NCBI GenBank assembly: GCA_023257515.1
Contig: JALRCA010000075.1
Location: 2,707-66,706, forward strand
Direction of reading: 5' to 3'
Length of the DNA stretch: 64,000 nucleotides
Source of the DNA: Aeromicrobium sp.
GTDB taxonomy: Bacteria; Actinomycetota; Actinomycetes; Propionibacteriales; Nocardioidaceae
The position numbers were made by a program, and so were the translations under genes. Numbering within the stretch: position 1 is the first letter of the stretch; the number at the start of each line of letters is the position of its first letter. Below are positions 58,917 through 64,000 of the stretch, piece by piece. The notes below the pieces were generated by a model. The model was not told the DNA's origin, searched no databases, and saw only the letters and a list, made by a program, of their open reading frames with translations.

Positions 58917-60026
58917 ATGAACGTCGAGCGACTGCACGCAATCGCGGTGGCTGTGAAGCAAGAACTCGACGCTCAGGCCACTCCAGCCGCGATCGAACGT
59001 CTTGTAAATGGGCTGCAGGCGATGGTCGAGATGCCGCAACAGCCGCAGTCGCAGCAAGAAGTCTCGGCGGCTATCAGCGAGCTTGAGACACGCCTGCCGA
59101 CTGCCGCAAGTAACGAGTTCTCCGCGTCGTGGCGGCAGACTCTTCAAGAACTGGGCATAGACGATTTGCTGGGCGACGGTCTGCTGCAGGTCGTCACTGG
59201 AATCATGCGCCGTAACGAGATGACGCCAGCCATCGCCAATGAGGAACTCAAGCCGTACGCCGAGCGCCTTAGGGACACGAACAGCGAATTGAACGCGATG
59301 ATTCAGGCTTTCGGGTTCTTCGATGTGCCGACCGAGGATCTCGAGCCAGGTGAGGTCGAGCTGTCAGTACTGATCCCACGGGGAGCCGTCGAGAACGAGT
59401 TGCCCGACTTGGGGCAGGAGTTCATCAGGCTGCAGCGTGTACTTGGGCCATTCGTGGAACTGGCAACCGGCTCCCGGCCGGACCTGAAGGTGCGTGCAAT
59501 CGCGTCCTCGGACTTCAGTGTCTACCTTGCTGCTGTGCCCGCGGCAGGCTGGCTCATCGCTAGCGCCCTAGACAAGGTTCTGGACTTGTACAAGAAGGTT
59601 CTTGAGATTCGTGCCCTTCGCCAGCAGTTGCAAGAGCAGGCAGTTCCAGACGATGCGATGCAGGGCATCACGGATTACGCCAGCGAAATCGTCGCCAGGG
59701 GGATCGAGGACATCGTGGCAGAGATGACAGAAGGGCACGAAGAACTCGGTGGTCGTATCCACGAACTCCAGACCGAACTTCGCAGGTCGCTGAATGAGAT
59801 TGCGACTCGAATCGACCAGGGCTACAACTTCGACGTTCGATCAGAGCCATTGCCACTCGAAGAAGCCGAAGACGAGGATGACACCGCGCCTCCTGAGCCT
59901 TCAGTCGATCAGCAGCACCTGTCCTCCATTCATCAAATTTCGCCGCGACTGAAGTTCCTCACACCGGTGGGTCAGCCGATACTCAGCCTTCCTGAGTCGC
60001 CGTCGGAGGACCGAGGCTCGGAGTAG
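58917..60026 (+). CDS. Hypothetical helical protein (369 aa), candidate defence cargo
   Basis: Long ORF with GGAG SD, codon usage less GC-biased than host genes, no recognised domain. Confidence 0.75.
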   Translation: MNVERLHAIAVAVKQELDAQATPAAIERLVNGLQAMVEMPQQPQSQQEVSAAISELETRLPTAASNEFSASWRQTLQELGIDDLLGDGLLQVVTGIMRRNEMTPAIANEELKPYAERLRDTNSELNAMIQAFGFFDVPTEDLEPGEVELSVLIPRGAVENELPDLGQEFIRLQRVLGPFVELATGSRPDLKVRAIASSDFSVYLAAVPAAGWLIASALDKVLDLYKKVLEIRALRQQLQEQAVPDDAMQGITDYASEIVARGIEDIVAEMTEGHEELGGRIHELQTELRRSLNEIATRIDQGYNFDVRSEPLPLEEAEDEDDTAPPEPSVDQQHLSSIHQISPRLKFLTPVGQPILSLPESPSEDRGSE

Positions 60027-60249
60027 GCAACCGAGAGCGAGAACGCCCCGACCTGCTCGGATGCATCGCCCCCGCGAAGTTCGACCACGGCGCGACCACT
60101 TCCACGCCGACTCGGTTGCCGCTCCCGTTGCCCCACGCGGGGCTCACCCGACGGGGCCGACAGAAACCGGCCTAGAACCGTTGACCACGGGTGCCCTCGG
60201 GCCAGTGGCCGACACAGCGTTCTTCATCGGTGTGCGCGGCGAGGGCTAT

Positions 60250-60720
60250 TTAGGCCTCGCGGCTCGGCATGTGGAAGACCTCGCGGTGGAGGAGCGGGTC
60301 GTTCTCTATCAGCCAGTCGGAAACGTCCCAGAGATCCTTAAGGCGAGGGTGCACCAGCGCCTCCTCGCGGGTCAGCGGTCTCGCGCCCATGACACCCGCG
60401 CCATGCGTTGGGGTGCGGAGCGAGGCGACGGCGTCGGGCTCGCCGTCCACATGGCCGTAGCGGATGCCGAAAAGGACGTTGTCCCCGTAGTCATCGGGGT
60501 CGTGGAATCTTCCGAGACCAAGTTCGACGATCATCTGGCTTTGATGTGGATACCAGTCCGCGTAGTAGAACGCGTAAGCGTCGCCATGATCCAGCACGAA
60601 ACCTGTCATGCCCTCGTGCGTCTCACCGCAGTCCGGACAAGTGATGCTGCGTGGCACGGGGTCTTCATCGAACGAGTAGTCATGGGCCACGACCCGGGGC
60701 TTGCTCCTGAACCATCCCAC
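60250..60720 (-). CDS. Hypothetical protein with CxxC(G) motif
   Basis: CPDCGETH, GFV, AFYYADW, LTREEAL-HP, W...D...DP. Confidence 0.65.
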   Translation of the reverse strand: MGWFRSKPRVVAHDYSFDEDPVPRSITCPDCGETHEGMTGFVLDHGDAYAFYYADWYPHQSQMIVELGLGRFHDPDDYGDNVLFGIRYGHVDGEPDAVASLRTPTHGAGVMGARPLTREEALVHPRLKDLWDVSDWLIENDPLLHREVFHMPSREA

Positions 60721-60802
60721 GGGTCGATACTCCCACGTGTGAACGTCAATCGACCGGGCCAGCCGCGAGGGCCAGCCCGGTCGTTGGATATGGGGAACGG
60801 CG

Positions 60803-61165
60803 TCAGGCTGCGTCCTCGCCCACGACGGAGATGACGACCTTCTTCTCGCCGGGGGTGTAGCGGTCGGCGTGCTCGCCCGCCTCGATGGCGTGGGCCAGAA
60901 GCAGGTTCGTGATCATGCGGCGGACGGTGGCGACCGAAAGGTTCAGGTCCTCGGCGATGGTGCCCACGGTCTCGCCCTTGTCGCGGCGTGCGGCCACGGC
61001 CTCGGCCTGCGTGCGCTGATCGGTGCCGGGCGCGAGGTAGGGCAGGCTGCGGAGCGTGCCGTTCTTGCGCTGGCGGAACAGACGCACCGTTCCGGCGGCT
61101 GCGGCGTCCTTGAGAGTCTTGGGCGCGGCGCTCTCGGTCTTCTTGGTAGTGGTCTTCGCGGTCAT
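60803..61165 (-). CDS. HTH DNA-binding protein
   Basis: GETVGTIAEDLNLSVATVRRMI; GGGAGG SD; hairpin at 60751-60783 downstream. Confidence 0.72.
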   Translation of the reverse strand: MTAKTTTKKTESAAPKTLKDAAAAGTVRLFRQRKNGTLRSLPYLAPGTDQRTQAEAVAARRDKGETVGTIAEDLNLSVATVRRMITNLLLAHAIEAGEHADRYTPGEKKVVISVVGEDAA

Positions 61166-61394
61166 GGTGGATGCCTCCCGGCTGCTGGCCGATGCTCTCC
61201 TGCTCGGCGTTGAGAGCACCCTGCAGAAGATCGCGGGAGAAGTTCAGACCTTCCTCGTGGGCTCCCCGCCCGCCTCCTGTTGGCCCCACGTGCGCGCGAG
61301 GGGTCGGGCGCGGTTGTCTCGCGTGGCTGGATGAGTTGGGGCGGGCAGCACTCGACCCCCGTACTCATGGAGCAGGTGCGGGGGTCGAGGCGTG

Positions 61395-61646
61395 TCAGGT
61401 GAGCAGGTCGCCGCGCTCGCGGCTGAACCGTGCGACCTCGGCACGGTCGAAGAAGTAGTCCTCGCGGCGGGCGAGGTCTCCGTTGGCGACCCAGGTCTCG
61501 ATGACGGCGTCGGGCTTGTGCCACATCTGCTCCAGCGCGGCGATGCTCAGCACGCCGGGCGGGCCGGAGATGACGGGCACCGCTGCGGGTGCGTTGAGGC
61601 GCTTCGGGGTGACCTTGGAGAAGCGCGGTGCGGTGTTGCGGGCCAT
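61395..61646 (-). CDS. Small protein with MerR/xis-like winged-HTH C-terminus
   Basis: AAAGGAG SD; VLSIAALEQMW...VIETWVANGDL...FDRAEVARF; terminator-like stem at 61351-61389. Confidence 0.6.
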   Translation of the reverse strand: MARNTAPRFSKVTPKRLNAPAAVPVISGPPGVLSIAALEQMWHKPDAVIETWVANGDLARREDYFFDRAEVARFSRERGDLLT

Positions 61647-61834
61647 GACTGGCTCCTTTCCTCTGGGGCCACCAGTACATAGAGCCCGGTGTTGATCGTG
61701 CAGCTCGTGCGAGGTCGAGTTTCGCCTGCAATGACAGTCGAGATGGGTGCGGGGAGAAAGTTCCCCAGATGCCTGCCGGGGTTCTGTGTACTTGAAAGGG
61801 CCGGTAACCGATACCGGCGCTAGGAGGCCCGGTC

Positions 61835-62023
61835 ATGGCACGACCGAAGGAGTTCGACACCACCATCCACGTCCGTCTGGACTTCATGCAGCACGCGTTC
61901 CTCAAGCAACTCGCGCAGTTGGGCGGCATCACGCTGGCCGACGCCCTGCGGGCCGTGGTGGAGAGCGCGATGCAGGACGTCCTCGCCGGGCGCGTCCCCG
62001 AGGAAGAAGGAGCAGCCAAGTGA
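61835..62023 (+). CDS. Ribbon-helix-helix regulator
   Basis: MARPK...TIHVRLD...LKQLAQLGGITLADALRAVVE; AGGAGG SD. Confidence 0.72.
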   Translation: MARPKEFDTTIHVRLDFMQHAFLKQLAQLGGITLADALRAVVESAMQDVLAGRVPEEEGAAK

Positions 62024-62208
62024 GCCGCAACCCGAAGTTGAACCGTGCTGGTGAGCAGATCGCCAGCCTGCACGAGATGGATCGCCGGCTGCGGGCCAAG
62101 GCCGTGCAGGCGCGGCGGGCCGAGAAGGACGTCAGCGCGCTGGAGGACGAAGCCCGCCGCGCGGGTCTGCAGCGTGCAGGCGTCAACCCCAACCTGCTGG
62201 AGAGGTGA
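62020..62208 (+). CDS. Small coiled-coil hypothetical protein
   Basis: GTG overlaps the upstream stop; AAGGAG SD; VSRNPKLNRAGEQ...LLER. Confidence 0.55.
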   Translation: MSRNPKLNRAGEQIASLHEMDRRLRAKAVQARRAEKDVSALEDEARRAGLQRAGVNPNLLER

Positions 62209-62213
62209 GCACG

Positions 62214-62711
62214 ATGACCGATCGTTTCGATGCGGAGGTCGAGGTCGCACTCGCCCGACCCGGCATGTCCTACTCCCTGGCTGAGAAGGTCAAGAAGTAT
62301 CCCGCTTGGGCACGGGCCAAGATCACGGCTCACGCGCATCAGAGCGCTCAGCAGTGGTGGGACGAGGTCGGTCGCCGGGTGGACAAGGTGCTCCCGGTCC
62401 TCGACACGGCCCGTGACGAGCTCGGCAAGATCGAGGCAGCGCTGGACGACGGCAGTATGAGCGCGGTCGAGGCTATCGCCGCACTGGACTCGGTGCGCGG
62501 TCGTGTCGGCTCGGCCGAGCGCGCCTACGACGCCGCGTGTGCGACCGAGGTCCGCGCCGACGCTCTGCACGCCGACCCCGTCGGCCACATCGAGCGGCTC
62601 TACGACACCTACCCCGGTCTCGCGGACAGGCGGATCACCATCCACGACTACCTGGCCGAGATCGACTCCAAGATCAACCCGCTGGAGCGAGGTCTGCTCC
62701 GCAATCTCTGA
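62214..62711 (+). CDS. Hypothetical helical protein
   Basis: GAGG SD, coupled to the upstream gene. Confidence 0.65.
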   Translation: MTDRFDAEVEVALARPGMSYSLAEKVKKYPAWARAKITAHAHQSAQQWWDEVGRRVDKVLPVLDTARDELGKIEAALDDGSMSAVEAIAALDSVRGRVGSAERAYDAACATEVRADALHADPVGHIERLYDTYPGLADRRITIHDYLAEIDSKINPLERGLLRNL

Positions 62712-62806
62712 ACACTCGCTGACCGGGGCGGCGCGCAGCGTCGTCGGTTGGGCCGACAGCCCGCACCGTCCCGGTCAACGGCACAGCCCCTGAGGAAGGC
62801 AACGCC

Positions 62807-63154
62807 ATGAACCCTAAGAGCCCAACCACCGTTCCGTACCTGCCGCGCGACGTCGACCTACTGACCGTCCACTGCCACGCCGCAGTTCGCGTCCGCGCCG
62901 ACGCCCGCCGCACACCCGCCTGGACCGACCCCGACGTCCGCGCCGTGCGCCGCGCACTCAAGACCTGGCTGAGCCACTACGCGGGCCTCGCACCCGGTCC
63001 GAACTACGCCGTCCCAGTGCGCGACCTGCTCGCCGCCCTGCGACGAGACCAACGGGTCACCACACCACCGGCCACCGTCCTCGCGAACGCGCTCAACGCC
63101 GAAGCCGTCGAGGTCGTCACCCAACGCAGCCACACCATCAAGGCCGCGTCCTAG
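62807..63154 (+). CDS. Hypothetical protein
   Basis: GAGGAAGG SD; 115-aa ORF. Confidence 0.5.
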   Translation: MNPKSPTTVPYLPRDVDLLTVHCHAAVRVRADARRTPAWTDPDVRAVRRALKTWLSHYAGLAPGPNYAVPVRDLLAALRRDQRVTTPPATVLANALNAEAVEVVTQRSHTIKAAS

Positions 63155-63437
63155 AACCGGTCGAGCGGGCCGCGCTACCTCTCTCCGGCACCGGCCCGCT
63201 CGGCCACCCCTGGCAGCACCCACGGCCCAGCCGCAGGCACCCAGAACCACAGAGGGCGGAACACCATGCACCCTACGGAACGGCACTCTCAGCCTCGCGC
63301 ATGGTCGCGACCACTTTGCGACCACAGACCTACCCGGCTCACCCGGGTTCAGGTGGTCGCGGAAAGGGGCGCTCAGTTACCCACATCTCCCTGTAATCAC
63401 TGCGTTTCCGGGGCTTTCGGGACAGTGCCGCCTCGCA

Positions 63438-63482
63438 TTCCTAAACCGCAGGTCGCAGGTTCGAATCCTGCCGGGGGCACCA
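63438..63482 (+). repeat. attR core (duplicated 3' part of tRNA-Arg)
   Basis: Identical to 52067-52111. Confidence 0.95.
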
Positions 63483-63501
63483 GAGCGGAGCGACTTCGCG
63501 A

Positions 63502-63867
63502 CTAGAAGTCGCTCGGCTTGATGTCGAGCTCGGCTCGAAGCCTGGCTGCGTCGTCCGGCGACAGCCACTCGACGTCGTACGGCCCTTCGTCCGCCGCCGC
63601 CTGCTCCCAGTCGAAGTGGCCGTCCAGCATCTCGCGCACGTACGTCCACGGCGGGTAGTCCTCGATGAGGTTGTGCCGCGTGCCGTCGTCGAACACCACG
63701 ACGAACCAGACCCACCACTGCTTCTGCCGCGAGAAGAGCGACGCGAAGGTGCCGAGACTGGTCGCCACGTATCCGGCGTGCTGGCCGTCACGGGACAGGG
63801 AGACCATGCCGTCGCGGAAGCGCTCGATCTGCGCGTCCGGGACGGGCTCCCTCAACCATCGGCCCAT
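63502..63867 (-). CDS. Hypothetical host protein
   Basis: 121-aa ORF with host-like codon usage. Confidence 0.6.
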   Translation of the reverse strand: MGRWLREPVPDAQIERFRDGMVSLSRDGQHAGYVATSLGTFASLFSRQKQWWVWFVVVFDDGTRHNLIEDYPPWTYVREMLDGHFDWEQAAADEGPYDVEWLSPDDAARLRAELDIKPSDF

Positions 63868-63885
63868 GCCGCGATCCTGGCACGC

Positions 63886-64000
63886 TCACTCCAGCAGCGG
63901 CCACACCTCGACGACTCCGTACGCGACGGCGCACGGCGTGCCGGAGACGAGGCGCACGGCCTCGTCCAGGTCTGCTGCCTCGATGACGGCGAACCCGGCG
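63886..64000 (-). CDS. YciI-family protein, 3' part
   Basis: AGFAVIEAADLDEAVRL...PC...GVVEVWPL. Confidence 0.75.
   Translation of the reverse strand, partial: AGFAVIEAADLDEAVRLVSGTPCAVAYGVVEVWPLLE

Larger units (their letters stand above)
52067..63482. mobile_element. Integrated phage-satellite-like element (~11.4 kb) in tRNA-Arg(CCT)
   Basis: Perfect 45-bp direct repeats at both ends; tyrosine integrase, xis-like HTH, primase-helicase, iterons and TerS-like gene; no capsid, tail or conjugation genes recognised. Confidence 0.92.

Noticed and set aside
57587-60026. Canonical Thoeris, CBASS or SPARTA system
   Set aside because: No SIR2-SLOG, Macro, CD-NTase or Argonaute motifs are recognisable in neighbouring genes.
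52067-63482. Complete prophage or AICE
   Set aside because: No capsid, portal, TerL, tail or lysin genes, and no FtsK/Tra or relaxase recognised.

Overview
High-GC actinobacterial chromosome segment; gene content and synteny suggest a Nocardioidaceae/Propionibacteriales-type host, which is an inference. In order: the 3' part of a protein O-mannosyltransferase; an alkane hydroxylase operon (alkB-rubredoxin-rubredoxin-reductase-TetR) with a tandem operator; a split Tad/Flp pilus locus; furA-katG; and an accessory block at 15.7-31.7 kb, 3' of tRNA-Ala(CGC), made of regulator/oxidoreductase/MFS modules, lipoproteins and decayed genes including a NucA/NucB DNase remnant. Then the conserved actinobacterial glpR/sepX-rimJ-moeA-UGPase-ygfA...fmdB-SAF-mscL region, metabolic genes and an orphan DosS/DosT-like kinase. 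The most notable object is an ~11.4 kb element integrated in tRNA-Arg(CCT), bounded by a perfect 45-bp direct repeat (52067-52111 / 63438-63482). It looks like a capsid-less phage satellite: a structured leader (terminator plus SD-sequestering hairpin), xis-like HTH, DUF3854 primase-helicase, a 10-iteron origin, a TerS-like protein, a centrally placed tyrosine integrase, and candidate defence cargo (a TIR-domain protein plus a divergent unknown 369-aa protein). All calls come from reading motifs by eye; no database searches were run.
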